DNA of 64,000 nucleotides from Lepidodermella squamata (GCA_047495785.1 JBLDXI010000054.1:1364001-1428000), one strand, 5' to 3'; counted from the stretch's first letter, positions 37,462 through 51,695 are shown. Notes: generated by a model not told the origin, from the sequence alone. Program-made: numbers and translations.

Positions 37462-39174
37462 ATGGTTCGTTTCACCTATGTCACGACGGCTTTGCTCATT
37501 GCCTTTCGCTATGCCACAGCCGCCAGATACTACGTCAACCAAACGCCTAATACTGGCACTTCAAACGCCTGTCCGTACGGTCTTGCCTCCATCTTGTCAA
37601 AGGACGACATGAATGCGGCTGTCACCGCGATCGGAGGCAAAGCGGGCCAGTACTGGATCGGACTCTACAACACCGGCAACATCGCGGACGGTGTAAATGG
37701 ATGGACTTGTAAGTGATATTGGTATTCGCGTTAACTCCCTAGCGTCTAATTGTGTCTAATTTGTGTCTAATTCAAAGGGAGTGATGGTTCGATTTTCAAT
37801 CGTAATAGCTACGTCAATTGGAACCCGGCGACTGGCTACACGAACCCTCAGGATACCAATCTGCAACCAGGTTCAAACCTACTGGGTATCGTTATCAATG
37901 AAAAGGGCCAGTACGGATTCGCAGAGGGTTTCGCATCTGTCCCTCGTCAGCTGCTTTGCAACGGCCAGCTGAAGGTAAGACAATCCTTTGAGGAATTCGC
38001 TTGAAAGCCCAGCATTTTTTACAGTATAAGGTCGTTGCAAACCCTGACACCATGGCAGCCGCTGCTTGCCCGTACGGCCTTGCTACGATCCAGTCTCGAG
38101 ATGACTTGAACGCTGCGATCAAGGCAATCGGTGGCAAGAAGGGCGAGTACTGGATTGGCCTGCGTAATAATGGCATAAACAGTGAAGGAGTTAACGGCTG
38201 GACTTGTGAGTCCGAAAAGCTTGAACTTTCCACACTTTGACTAGCTATGCAAACTTTCAGGGGCTGACGGCACTGCATTCACCCGCAGCAGCTTCCTCAA
38301 CTGGAGCCCCGCGACCGGCTATACCAACCCGCAAGATACCAACCTGAACCTCGCTAACGGCGCGGGCATCTACATGAATGAGAAGGGCTTGTACTTCTTC
38401 TCTGCAGCAGCGACTAAGCGCGCCTATCTGTGCAACGCAGCGCAAAAGGTATTGCGATTGCTTGTTGTTCCTTAGACCGCGATGTGACAATCTCGATTCA
38501 TGTAGTACCAAGTGGTCAAGACCCCTGACACAGGCGTTTCAAACGCCTGCCGCCGTGGTTTGGCGACGATTCAATCGCGAGACGACCTGAACGCGGCCGT
38601 CAAGGCTGTGGCTGGCCTTGGCAGCGAATTCTGGATTGGCCTTCACAACACCAATGACAAGACCATCGGCGTCAATGGCTGGACATGTAAATGCCTTAAT
38701 TCGCCACTACTGAATTTTCACTGAATTGTCTCTTTAGGGGACGATGGCACGCAGTTCACGAATACCAGCTTCACCAACTGGAGCCCGGTGACTGGATACA
38801 CGAACCCTCAGTCTACGACTCTAGGCTTCGCGAGCGGCCAGGGTGTTTTCATTAACGCCCGGCCCGTTCGTCCTAGCTGAAGGATTCGGCTCTATCAAAC
38901 GCATGCTTCTTTGCAACGGCTACGACGCATCGGCTGATGTAAAATCATTGCTTTTTCGGCTTGAAAGCTTTAAATTCGAAAATCTTATGTTTTCTAGTTG
39001 AGTCTGGGCATTAACTTGGACACTACGATCGCGCCTGCACCCACGACTACGACGCAGCCCCCGAGCACTACCACGACCCCGTTCGATGATAATCCATATA
39101 AAGAATGTGCCGTGAACCCAAAATCTGCTGCTTGCAAAGACGCCCTCATTCGACAAGGTGTAACATTCAGCTAG
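37462..39174 (+). pseudogene. Triple-CTLD copy E, frameshifted in CTLD3
   Basis: Full 7-exon layout, but aac gcc c-- ggc (2-bp loss relative to paralogs, near 38860) gives TGA at 38878-38880. The downstream exon would encode ...DDNPYKECAVNPKSAACKDALIRQGVTFS*. The promoter E-box is also damaged (ggcacctac). Confidence 0.75.
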
Positions 39175-39471
39175 AAGCCTAAATCAGCCGTCAACCAGCA
39201 GCTTTTAAATGATTCGGATATGATATTGAATCGGGAGTGCAGCTTGTTAGTTGAGATCAGAGCCTAAAAAAGGATTGGGTCCCCAATAAAATCATGACCA
39301 GGACACGGTTACGGTTTCAGTAGTTGCTGCTGGTGATTGATCTGATTGATCTATGGACGATTTTGTGTATTACAGTGCAGATCGGCGTAACGAACTTTTA
39401 CTAGAGCGAACAAAAACGCGGGAAGCAGAGTGTTACGTTAAATTGAGGCTCGTGCCATGCACGCTTTCTAC

Positions 39472-39577
39472 TTACCGTAGTTACCGAAATACAAGCCTAG
39501 GCGGCAACCCTTTGTCGGCACTTTGATGTTCTTTGATGCACTTGCCGCCCAGGCTTGTATTTCGGTAACTACGGTAA
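39472..39577. mobile_element. Tiny TA-flanked MITE with CCGTA termini (Tc1/pogo-type ends)
   Basis: ta-ccgtagttaccgaaatacaagcctaggcggcaa ... ttgccgcccaggcttgtatttcggtaactacgg-ta. Confidence 0.7.
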
Positions 39578-40844
39578 TTATTTACAAAAAAAACTTGTTT
39601 GCGCTGTGACCTTGGTGTGAAATTCGTGTTGTACCGAGGTGGTCCACTTGTTCTTCGGTGGTAGACGACAAGTATTCATCCAATGTCAGACTTTTCCGCA
39701 ATTATATTGCAGGATATATGTTAGTGTTTGACGAATTATCTCGAATTATCTCGACGCGCATCTCGACGACCTCTGAGGTGAGGCGCCGAGAACTAACCTA
39801 TTGCTAAATGTTGTGAAACAAAATGTATAATAAAATCAGAATCAGAATCATCGAATGTAGCTTATCGTCAGTTTTAAAACCAAGGGTATGCATGATTTCT
39901 GACGGTTTTATCTTTTATCGCAAATCGCAACCCCTCCGCTTGTGAGTTGTGGCCGTGAAATCGGGAGCTGCCGAGAGGTAGTGTGGCTTGAGATGCATGA
40001 ATTACGATTTTTCGCTGAGAACTGCGAGGCTGTTTGTTTTAGCCGAGCGCCCACCCTGTTAAGTTCCATAGCTGAGTAGAGTTCGTTTATGTTTTCCGAG
40101 CCGTTCCGAAAATTCTGCTTAATTTTTTAGGCCAACCATAGGCAAAAATTGATGAATATTGCGTGCCGCTCATGAAAATGATTATTTTACTCGAGCTTAT
40201 GCTTGGCCTCGGTTTTGTTTACCAACGTCATACTCGTTATGAAGTTGAAAAATTCACCAAATTTCCTCCGACCGGGATTTTGACGTGCTACTGACGCGTA
40301 ACTCAGGAACCAAGACAATTTCGAACCCGGTCAGAGCCGAGGATGTGGAATCACGGTTATCCGAAGAAGTGACGAATGATAAAATAGCTGGCAAAAGTGA
40401 CAACGGGCGTCAAGGCAGCCGAGCCACAACTTCGCTTTCCCTATTATATTTTTGTGTTCTATCGATTCGCAATAGGTTCAATTTTGTATCTTGTGGCAAT
40501 GACTTAATCCTCTGTCAAATTAACCTATAACATTGTATATTTTGATAGGGAGTGAGCATACCATCATCTCTGTGTGGGTAGCCTAGTGTTAAGCAACGAT
40601 TGTTGACACAAGAATTTTATTTCGCGTTGTTCCCTTCATTTCCTTTCTCGTAAGAATGAGTTGAGGAGAAACTTGTTTATTTTGCTTCTAAAATAGGCAT
40701 CAAACACCTGCACTTTATTTTGATCGCTCGGAATAGCTCGCGCATTGGCAAAATAAGGGCAAAAAGCGCATATAAATTACGGTCTAAAGTGGCAGCTTCT
40801 TACAGTTTTTTGAATTCTTCCTTATCATCGTTTGTTTTACTCTG

Positions 40845-42409
40845 ATGACAAGCTTCGCCTTCGCAGTAACAGCTTTCTTCGCTGCCGTCGGCTTTGCCGC
40901 AGCCGCCAGATACTACGTCAACCCAAAGCCTAACGTTGGCACTTCCAACGCTTGCCCGTACGGTGTCGCCTCCATCTTGTCGAAGGATGACTTGAATGCG
41001 GCAATCAGCGCGATCGGATGCAAAGTGGGCCTGTACTGGATCGGCCTCTACAACACCGGCAACAACTCTGTTGGCGTCAATGGATGGACTTGTAAGTGAT
41101 ATGGGCATTCTCGCTAACTCTCTAGCTGATTTGGGTCTAATTCAAAGGGATTGATGGTTCGATTTTCAACCGTAATAGCTTCGTCAATTGGAACCCGGCG
41201 ACTGGCTACACGAACCCTCAGGATACCAATCTAAACCCAGGTTCAGGCCTTCCGGGTATCTACATCAATGAAAAGGGCCAGTACGGATTTGCAGAGGGTT
41301 TCGCAAAAGTCCCTCGCCCATTGCTGTGCAACGAGCAGCTAAAGGTTAGACATTTCACTGAGAATTTCGCCTTAACAGCCAGAAATTTAGTATTACCCAC
41401 TTACTACAAACATTCCGGGAGCCTCTCCCTGCCAATATTGGAATGCTACGATCCAGTCTCGAGATGACTTGAACGCTGCTATTAAGGCGATCGGTGGCAG
41501 GAAGGGCGAGTACTGGATTGGCCTGCGTAATACTGGTAACAAAGCTGATGGACTAAATGGCTGGACGTGTGAGTCCTAAAACATTCATTTTCAAACTTCG
41601 ACTATCCGTGATAACTTTCAGGGGCTGACGGCACTGCATTCACCCGCAGCAGCTTTGTCAACTGGAGCCCAACGACTGGCTACACCAACCCGCAAGATAC
41701 CAACTTGAAGCTAACTGCCGGCGCGGGCGTCTACATCAACGAGAAGGGCTTGTACTTTATTGATTCGGAAACGATATGGCGCGGCCGTTTGTGCAACATG
41801 GATAAAAAGGTGTATTATTCGCTTGTTGTTTTATAAGCCACGACAATCTCGGTTCATACAGTACCAAGTGGTCACGACCCCTGACACCGGCGTTTCAGGC
41901 GTTTGCCGCCGCGGTTTGGCGACGATCCAGTCTCGAGACGACCTGAACGCGGCCGTCAAGGCTGTGGCTGGCCTTGGCAGCGAATTCTGGATTGGCCTTC
42001 ACAACACCAATGACAAGACCATCGGCGTCAATGGCTGGACATGTAAATGCCTTAATTCGCCTCTAATTTCGACTGAAATGTCTCTTTAGGGGACGAAAGC
42101 ACGCAGTTCACGACTACAAGCTTCACCAACTGGAGCCCGGTGACTGGCTACACGAACCCTCAGGATACCAATCTAAACTTCGAGCGCGGCCAGGGTGTTT
42201 ACATGAATGCGCAGGGCCAGTTCGTCCTAGCTGAAGGATTTGCTACTAGCAAACGCATGCTTCTTTGCAACGGCTACTCCACATGGGCTGAGGTAAAAGT
42301 GGCCGATGACTGGCCGAATGAATATGTAGCATGTCTCAACAAGGGGTATCCCCCTTCTTACTGCTTGCAATACGTCTATACTATTCATTTTTATGGTTTA
42401 AAAGTATAA
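40845..42409 (+). CDS. Triple-CTLD copy F, stalk-less variant (6 exons)
   Basis: Signal MTSFAFAVTAFFAAVGFAAAA; divergent CTLD2 ends (YYPLTTNIPGASPCQYWNATIQSR; DSETIWRGRLCNMDKK). The last CTLD reads straight into VKVADDWPNEYVACLNKGYPPSYCLQYVYTIHFYGLKV* with no final intron or Thr stalk. Confidence 0.8.
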
Positions 42410-45400
42410 ATTAGCCGTGCAATGTCAACTAGCAGCTTATCAATTCGGATATGGATATTGATTCTGATATGTGCGAAGCTCGTTAGTTCAGATCAAACTC
42501 CATCATAGCCGTAATTCTCACAGTAAAGTCTGAAAAATTAGCGTTCTCTAAAACCGGCTTAACTAATATGATTTAATGAGGTTTATTGAAGTAATGGAAG
42601 AAATCAAAATTTGTTGTCGTGTTATGTTGAAGCGAGAAACCTTGTCGAACCAATAGCATGTAGCTTCACTTCTTCAACATGCGCCCGTAAGAGTTTGCTT
42701 GTTTTCATTTTTTTGTTTATGGCAAGTTTAAGGACAAATAAAAACGGTTTCCGACTCCAGTAACCCAGACTTGACTTGGCATGTAAAGTCTTATTTACAT
42801 AGATAAAAAAATACTGAAGATATGACACTCACGATCTAGCCCTGTTATGTGAAAATAAAATCACGCGACCTTTGGACCCTATGCAAATGTTTGGCGAATA
42901 CTTCGACAAATTTCTTCTCCAAAACATCCATCTCGATTTTTGGTGGGAAAAATAGGGAAATTTCGTAATTTTTCGTATGATTTTATGGCAAAAGTTAAGC
43001 GCGCGGTTCCGAGAACTGAAATTTTAGTTGTCGAAAAACTGAAATTTCGACATTTTCCATTCACAATTCTCTCATTACTACGGCTTTTTTGCTTGATTTC
43101 ACATCGGCACGTGCCGAATAGTGCGATCTCACTAATATTTATCCACGTTTTTTTACTTGGCGTGAACAAGCTTTTTATAAAATAAGCAGCTAGTGAAAAT
43201 GCCACTTCTTTAGTCGCCTGATTCTGGAAGGATAACTTCGACTTAATTGCACTGGAAGCTTTTTGGAACCGTAATTTTTTCGGGGATCCCTGATCCCAGC
43301 TTGTCCGGTGGCTATTTGAAAGTCATTGGACAGGCCTTGGTTTCTTTTTTTGCCGAAGACATGCCCATGAACTCATAAACCTGACTTTCATCAAACTAAC
43401 CAGAGTTTAATCGCGGATCTTATCACTGATCTTATGAAGTGAATTGTTTGATTATTTACGCATCCCAATACTTGAATATGTTCCCGGCATCAGTCATAAT
43501 AACATCAGTCAACTTCAAGAATATGGGCTGAAATGATACAAGCACAGGATAAATCGCTGACCGATATTGATTGCTCGTATAGATGACGATAAATAGGATG
43601 AATTCATTTCGATTCGGACACAAATTATGGCAAGAAATAATCAGAGAACAATGCATTTTACATAGTTCCAGGGCGAAAGATTTATCAGAAAAAATTAAAT
43701 TTTGGAAAAAAACACAAGTCGCACGCCGGTTTTCCAAGCGTTGCCATGGCAACAGGGCTAAAAATAGTAACAAACCCCGAAATTATAGCCCTAGGTTATA
43801 TGTGGAATCGCTGCCTGCAAATTATATCAGCGGGTGTCAAAAAAATCAAGTAATAATCTATAATTTTCCCGTAATTTTTGGAGGATGATGTTTATTTTTA
43901 ATTAATTTTTGAAATAATTGCAATACTGTGCATTTGACTGCAAAAAAGCATAACAGGAAGCACGCGCGAGTGTCATATCTTCAGTATTTCTGTTATCTAT
44001 GCTTATTTAGGTAACGAGGGACAATACCCTTTATTGATGATGGAAATCATTGGAAATTGGAGAACTAAGGATGTTAGAGGTAATATCGTTATATCGGAAT
44101 ATTATCTCTCGTTCATGGAACAAAATATCTACAATTATCCGAAAGACATTCCAATGCGGAAAATTGTCAAATTTATCGCAAAGTATCCTATCTTTTCCGT
44201 CGGAACGAAGCCTGCCTCTTTTAGCCATAGTAACAACATTTTCATAATTTTAATATGCCAAAGTGCACTCAGTTTTCAATTGAATTAAATATTAAATTTG
44301 AACATTTTCTTGAGCTGTCAACCTATTTGCTAGTTGTCGATATAGAACCTTCAAACGCCAAATTAGCTAGTGATGGTTCGTGTTTGTTAATTTATCGCTT
44401 TTTACGGGTGATGTGTGGGTAGGAGTAAGAGGAGTAAGAGCGTGGAGTAAGAGAATGTGTGAATTTGATTTCATGGTAGAGTAATAAAATTCGATGAGAT
44501 TAATTTCTTACCGCGTCAAATTTTGATAAACAACTTAAAACCGCTGCGAAAACTGTCTATTTCAGTTCAAAAGAATAAGTTCATGTTTTTGGCAATATAT
44601 TCTTTATTGTTAATAAAATCATTAAAAAGACATTGTACACTTTTCTGTCGTGCACATCATTTCATTCGATTCTAAACGTAACCGCGCAAAATAAAACGGT
44701 AAAATTTTATATCAACCTTATCGGGTTAAGGAGGTCTAACGATTTTCCAGTTTTTTTTGTTCTGCCTTAAGTTCAGGACTTTTGCGGCGTACTGTAGTTC
44801 AAGGCTAGCGGTGTGATCGCATCGGCTTGTTTGTTTTGCTCCTGCGATAGGCTTCGCAGTATTAAACACCTGCTAGTAGAGCTGGCTAACAGCCCTTAAT
44901 TTCATAGCTCAAAATCCATCACGCATGTTAGTGGGATTAAGAAAATTATTGCGTCTTATAATGACGATTGTACATACGGAGCTTATCTGACAAAGGCTGG
45001 ACCGAAACTTGGGTTGCCCCATCAGGCGAACACGCGTCATATGAAATTAGGTGATAATATACGACGGAAATGTGTTATGTTACATCATAAATCGAACGAT
45101 TTCGTCGTATGGATATCACATCTCGCGGTTACTTGGTCGTCACATTTCGAACGCGGCGAAAATCGTGGTCACATCGCCGATGCGCCAAAAATTATATCGC
45201 ATCCCGGTTACATCCAAGTCACATCGCCGACGATGTGAACGCGACGTGATATGCATTTTGGCGCGTTCGAAATGTGGCGACCGTACGACGGCTACATAAT
45301 TCGACAAAGAACTAGAAGAAACAAAGCTATTCGAGTAAATATGATATGATTTGTTAACATCACATCGCAATTTTTACCATTAATCTGATTATTCTTAGAT

Positions 45401-46164
45401 TGTGCATATGCAAATTGAACTGCTTTAAAAAATAGGTGGTCTCGCGGAATTTTTCAACTATGTAACTCAAAGTCTCACGGCCAGAGAATGCTAAGTGATG
45501 ACTAAGGTAACATAATTGCCCTCATTCTACCCAGGAGGGTGACCTGGGTGATTGAGCTGATTGATGCTGGTATACCCTAAAATTGCAGATCAGCTGAAGT
45601 AAAGCTAGCTGGAAAAATGATCCCTGAACCCGCATGGCCGACACTCTCGTGAAAATATAGAATTGTCCTCAAAAATATAGGTCGAGTAGCTTGGCCAATT
45701 CGATATTTCATTGTGTGACCACTTTTTGCTATGTGCATGACTTCTCCATACAAAAGCATTGGAGAAAAAAAATTAGAACGCGCAAGTGGTCACACAATGT
45801 TTACGGTATAACATTCGTAAATCGTTTATATCTGAACTCTTTACTCATGTTATACCATACAAGTATAACTAAGCTCGAGCGATTGGCAACATTCTGCGGG
45901 ATGAAATGACTCTTTTAACACGTGAACACAATCAGCCTGGTAAGTTCTTACCATCGTGGGATTTCTCACGGCCATTATACGATGAGTCGAACGATAGTAC
46001 AGTGAGGCTCAGGTTCATCGAGGTTGCTAATAAAGTTCGGTTCAACCTGCGAGAAATTCAAGTAAGAAACGCGGGTTGAAATATTTCTTTAATCACATTG
46101 CTAGTCACTTTCGTGGCTTCAAGGTTTCTCAGGTGATGAATCTCGCTTCGAGAATAGCTTTCAT

Positions 46165-46358
46165 ATATCGTTAGCGTCGTTGAAAAACTCGGATTTAGGC
46201 TTGTTTACATCCGTTTCGAGGCGACGGGTGACAAGTAAAAAGTCTTTTGTTTTGCCTCTTCATTCACGTTAAAAACGCCGCTTTTTACTTGTCACCCGTC
46301 GCCTTGAAACGGATGTAAACAAGCCTAAATCCGAGTTATTCAACGACGCTAACGATAT
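46165..46358. mobile_element. About 195-bp near-perfect palindromic MITE
   Basis: atatcgttagcgtcgttgaaaaactcggatttaggc...gtaaaaag and its reverse complement at 46281-46358. Absent from the paralogous H upstream region (about 55670). Confidence 0.8.
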
Positions 46359-46850
46359 CATCAAACTAGCGTCTCCAAATAAATCTGAACAGTGAAAAAT
46401 CTAGCTTCCCCTAAATAGTATAGTGGATCAAAGCAACATATATGTTTGATATATAATATGTTAAGGAATAGTGAATCTTATAGGAATCGCTCTTGTCCAC
46501 GTGAAAATTCCATGAAATGTCCTGCTTTTCTTATAATAGGCTCCTTGTTTAAAGTGGGACGTCATCGTATATTTCATCTTGTATAAGGGATCGTTAAATT
46601 TGTTGATACCAGAATTTTATTTCGCGTTTTATTTCCTTCGTCCTTTCTCTCGTATGCGGCAAAACGAAACGATGGGCTTGTTTGTTTTTCTTATCGAATA
46701 AGGAATAAAACACCTGCATCTTGTTTTGATCGCTCGAAATAGATCACGCATTAGCAGTAATACGACAAAAAGCGCCTATAAATTCTGGGCTGATGATGCA
46801 GCTTTTCATCAGTTTTCGAATTTGTTTCTCTCATCGCTTGGTTCATTTCA

Positions 46851-48578
46851 ATGGCTCGTATCACTTTTGTAGCAACGGCTCTGCTCGCTGCCGTAGGCTA
46901 TGCCGCAGCCGCCAGATACTACGTCAACCAAACGCCTAATACTGGCACTTCAAACGCCTGTCCGTACGGTCTTGCCTCCATCTTGTCAAAGGACGACATG
47001 AATGCGGCTGTCACCGCGATTGGTGGTCAAGTGGGCCAGTACTGGATCGGTCTCTACAACACCGGCAACAACGCGGATGGTGTCAATGGATGGACTTGTA
47101 AGTGTTATGGGCATTTTCGTTACCTGGCTATTGTGTATTTCCAATTCAAAGGGATTGATGGCTCGATTTTCACCCGTAACGGTAGCTACGTCAATTGGAG
47201 CCCGGTAACTGGCTACGTTAACCCTCAGGATACCAATCTAGGCACAGCGCCAGGCCAGGGTGTCTACATCAATGAAAAGGGCCAGTTCGTTACAGCAGTG
47301 AGCACTATCACCCGCCCGCTGCTTTGCAACGGTCAGCTGAAGGTATACAACCCTTTTAGAATTCCGCGTCTAAAACCAGGATTTCATACAGTACAAAGTC
47401 ATCGCAACCCCTGACACTGTGGCAGCCGCTGCTTGCCCGTACGGCCTTGCAACGATCCAGTCCCGTGATGACTTGAACGCTGCTATCAAGGCGATCGGTG
47501 GCAAGAAGGGCGAATACTGGATTGGCCTGCGTAATACTGGCAAAAATAGTGATGGAGTTAACGGATGGACATGTAAGTCTAAAAGCCTCAATCTACTTTG
47601 TTGGCTAAGCACAAGATTTCAGGGGCTGACGGCACCGTGTTCACCCGCAGCAGCTTCATCAACTGGAGCCCAGCAACCGGCTACGTGAATCCTCAAGATA
47701 CCAACTTGGGCTCAGCCCCAGGCCAAGGCTTCTACATCACTGAGAAGGGCTTGTACTTGACTGCCCAGGCAACTATGAAGCGCGCCTATCTGTGCAACGC
47801 TGCGCAAAAGGTATGTTTCTGATGTGAAGCTGTGATGTGTCAAGTCTCAACTTATTCATATAAAGTACCAAGTGGTAACGACCCGTGACACCGGTGTTTC
47901 AAGCCTTTGTCGCCGCGGCTTGGCGACGATTCAATCGCGAGACGACTTGAACGCGGCCGTCAAGGCTGTGGCTGGCCTTGGCAGCGAGTTCTGGATCGGC
48001 CTACACAACGTCAATGACAACTCGATCGGCGTCAATGGCTGGACCTGTAAGCCTGCATATTCCCGCCCTGAAATTTCACTAAATTGTATGTTCAGGGGAC
48101 GATGGCACTCAGTTCACGCGCAGCAGCTTCATCAACTGGAGCCCAGCGACTGGTTACACTAACCCTCAGGATACTAACCTGGGCTCAGCCCCAGGCCAAG
48201 GCTTCTACATCAATTCCCAGGGCCAGTACCTCACAGCCCTGGCTAGTAACAAACGCATGCTTCTCTGTAACGGCTACGACAAGTCGGCTGATGTAAAATC
48301 ATGATTTGGGTATACTTGAAAGCTTTATTCCATTTCTTTTTTTCCAGTTGAGTCTGGGCATTAACTTGGACACTACGATCCCGCCTGTGACCACGACTAC
48401 GACACAGCCCACGACCACGACCACGACCACGACTACGACTACGACTGCGACCACGACCACGACCACGACTGAAGATCCGAGCCAAGTGACTCCATGGTAC
48501 AGTAATTTGCCAGAATGTCAGAATGGATGGGAAAATGGTGAATGCTTTCATGCCATGTTTTCTCAATTATTTGGCTAA
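46851..48578 (+). CDS. Triple-CTLD copy G
   Basis: Same 7-exon model, longest Thr stalk; tail EDPSQVTPWYSNLPECQNGWENGECFHAMFSQLFG*. Confidence 0.87.
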
Positions 48579-48819
48579 AGCCTCACCTTAAAGCCGTGTA
48601 GCTTAACAAACTTGAATAGATGTATTGATTCTGATATTAGCTCGAGACAGAGCTTAGATTAGAGCCTTAGATTAGAGCTCTCACCAGCTCACACTTCTGA
48701 TATAAGCTAGCCAGCCAGCTGTTTTCTCAAAAGCCTTTGTAATTGATCTGATTTAGTAAGGTTTGAAGAGTTATGGATAAAGAAATAAATTGGAAGAGTA
48801 TAAGAAAAACTGCGTGAAT

Positions 48820-48890
48820 TCGAGAAAAGGTGTCGAACCCATGTCTTCACTTCTCCTGCGAAAGTCTACCGTTAACTCCATTGTTGAAAG
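48820..48890 (-). other. Degenerate tRNA-like sequence (possible SINE head); second copy about 58080-58150
   Basis: Minus strand tggagttaacggtagac (box-A-like), ttcgc-aggagaa-gtgaa stem-loop, gggttcgacacc (box-B-like). Acceptor stem not formed. Confidence 0.3.
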
Positions 48891-49369
48891 CAGAGTAATT
48901 TTGTTTTGCTCGTTCAGGAGCCATTTTGATTTCGAATAATTGTCATATTTCGCCACTAAAAATAAATGAGCATTTTAGAGATTGTTTTTTTCTAAATGGG
49001 AAGAAATTTAATGTCTCCCTTTAACTTCCTTCCAGACATATTCCTAGACATATTTAGGTTCTAGGTCATTGGAATTGGTTATAATGAGAATGAGAATCAT
49101 TGGCTTCAGGGAATAGGCAATAAAAGGAAAAATAAATATTTTATCTTTTAGATTAAAAAACACGAAATTTTTAACTAAAAAAAATGCCCAAGCCTGGCCG
49201 TCTTCACACGGATAAAAACTACCCCTATACCCCTTTCATCAACGGTTTTAATAATAAATATTTTTGCGTCTGCCACGGAGCGAAAAGTCAATTTCAACAA
49301 AATTAACAGCAGCAACTTGCTTTCAAAAGGATTTCAAAGAAAATGAATTTGCTTTCAGAATTTAGTTCT

Positions 49370-49880
49370 TGTCACCTCTGGCACAGTGGTTGTGTCAACG
49401 AGGCTCTAAAATTGTCCCTTTTATCCGGTGTCATCATTTCATTCTCGTGTCATTGTTACGACCCAAGTCCGAAAGCGACCGAAAGCGACCGAAAGCGACC
49501 ACGTCGCGCTCTGGTCGACCAGGATGCGACGGGCCTGCAATCTCTCTTATCAAACACCTATGTCGGGCTTCGGCTCGTAGGTGTCGACCGAGGTACGGTG
49601 GGCTCCAAATCGAGAGCAATGGACGCGCGCGCGTATTGTCCCGCCATGCTCTGGCTCGCACGGGCATTGCACACGGGTTCCGTCTTTCAAAACCTGCTCA
49701 CTGGCCGCCGGTCGCAGCAGAGGATTGTCAGATTTGAATCTAGCGATTGCTTCCTCCCACGTCGAATCAGTTACTCGGAGCTTCTCGAAGTATCTAATGT
49801 TTTTACCCTTAGTAGGCTTTTCTCCAACAACGGTACCATCCGATGACGATACTACCGTTGAAGGAGACGAAAAAATGAGT
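49370..49880 (-). mobile_element. Possible Mutator-like (FAR1/WRKY-type zinc finger) transposase remnant
   Basis: Across frameshifts: VHCSRFG ... KRDC/QARRILV ... TWVV ... HNHC, the C..C..HxH layout of MULE DNA-binding domains. Tandem ttagatg repeats at 50150-50260 may be subterminal. Confidence 0.35.
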
Positions 49881-50320
49881 TGTTTCATGATTTGAGCAAA
49901 TGAGCAAATGGGCCGATTCAATTTTCAACGACTGATGTGGAGCTGGAAAATTCGCGTGAGGCACGCGCTAAACATGACTATTGCGCAATTTATTTACTGC
50001 GCCTTCCGCACGTGCATTGTTCTATTAACATTTTCCCACGTGCCTTTTTCCGCGCGCCTGATCTGGCAACGAAACATATGTTTTCTTATCGAGAAAAACG
50101 CGCTGAATCATTTTTCAATTTTTTTGAAGTCATTCCAGCTATTTTTAAATTAGATGTGAGAAACAGTAGAATTAGCTGTAGAAAAAATGCCTAGATGCGA
50201 AAAAAAGATTTAGATGTGGAAAAAAGATATTAGATGCAGAAAAAAATGATTTAGATGCCAATTAAAGTATATTTCCAATATTTCCAATAACATTTTAAAA
50301 TTTTAAAATTTTAAAGGTTC

Positions 50321-50931
50321 TACGACTAATCCGCAGCGTCAATACAGTTGGCGACAACTCCGCACAGACAGCTGCGCAAAATGAATTTAAAATTAATTAA
50401 TTAATTATTTTGTTAACGACAACTCCGCAAGAGCCAAACTAATTCACAATTTAACATTTTATTTAATTAACTGAAATAATTTTTATCATGTCAACTCCGC
50501 AAATTATCAACCCAGATAACGCATGAGACGTAGCTACGTCTCATGAGATAACGATAACTCCGCGAAGTTACTTATTTTATAATCGAAAACGAACCATTCC
50601 AAACCTAATGCAACCCTGACCACCATCTTACTCTTACTATGAATCGCTTCAGATTCAGCAAATCCTAGTAGCCTGGTGCGGAGTCGAAAGATTAATTGAA
50701 CAAGCAAAAATAAATAATTTGCGGGCTTGTCGTTGTCTGAAAACGTCATTTGCGGATTTGACGGGATACAAATTATTTCAATTAATTGAATAAAAAATTT
50801 AAATTTGAATAAATTAGACGCTTGCGGAGTTGTCGTTGACAAAATAAGTAATTAATTAATTTTGAATTTATTTTGCGGAGTTTTCTGTGCGGAGTTGTCG
50901 CGACTGGAGTGTCAAGGGCGGCTTAGTCGTA
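50321..50931. mobile_element. MITE with about 130-bp imperfect TIRs (acaactccgc motifs)
   Basis: tacgactaatccgc...gcgacaactccgcacaga...aattaattaatt... mirrored by ...tctgtgcggagttgtcgc...gcggcttagtcgta. Confidence 0.75.
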
Positions 50932-51335
50932 AGGCGATTTTAAATTCAAACAAAAACGGTAATTTTTGTGATTTTCCGGAGATGACAGGGTCGATTTGTC
51001 CAAACCGCAGCAATGAGTAAAAATTGTTGAAATAATTAAAAATCAAAAATTCATTCGATTTACCGTTAATAAATTTGCTTTACGAAATTGCTGGAAATAC
51101 ACCTTTTTCATTTGCATTTTCATAATGTGCAAAACAAATTTCACAATGGTTTCTTAGCACGAGCCAATTTCTTTCTGCGTATTTTTTTCATTTTTTCACT
51201 ATTTTTCCTATCTTTCATTGAGAATTTTCCGGAAATTGACCGTAAAAGCGATAAAATCAGCGTTTCACTTTGAGTTGTAAATAACATCAGTAAATTTTTT
51301 ACCATTGAAAAAATATTCATTCGATATCCGTTTAA

Positions 51336-51695
51336 ATGCCGCGAGCGTACAAAAAGACATCAAATATTGACAGGGAAAGGTTGGTAACTGCCTTCGAAAA
51401 TGGCGAAGATTTTCATGCGGCTGCAAAGGTTCTCGGAATTTCTAACAGAACCATGTATAATATCATCAACACATATCGCACCAATGCTCGCATTGAAGCT
51501 GAGCATCGAGGAGGTGCTCCCCGCCGTTGGGAAGCTCAGTTTACTGAACATTTAGTTGGGGCAATCGAAGAAAACTCCCAGCTGACGTTGGAGGATCTCA
51601 GGATGAGACTGCTGCAAAATTTTCATGCAGAATTTTCGATCACGACGATCCACAGAAAATTGGATGGCGCCCTAATTACGATGAAACTTTCCTAA
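51336..51695 (+). pseudogene. Transposase N-terminus (paired HTH), DDE domain deleted
   Basis: DRERLV..FENG...AAKVLGISNRTMYNII...RGG-APRR...IEENSQLTLEDLR...SITTIHRKL, the typical Tc1/IS630 HTH-linker-HTH. Stops before the catalytic domain. Confidence 0.85.

Noticed and set aside
42600-45950. Numerous short ORFs between lectins F and G
   Set aside because: No recognisable motifs or consistent splice pattern; probably intergenic DNA and decayed repeats.
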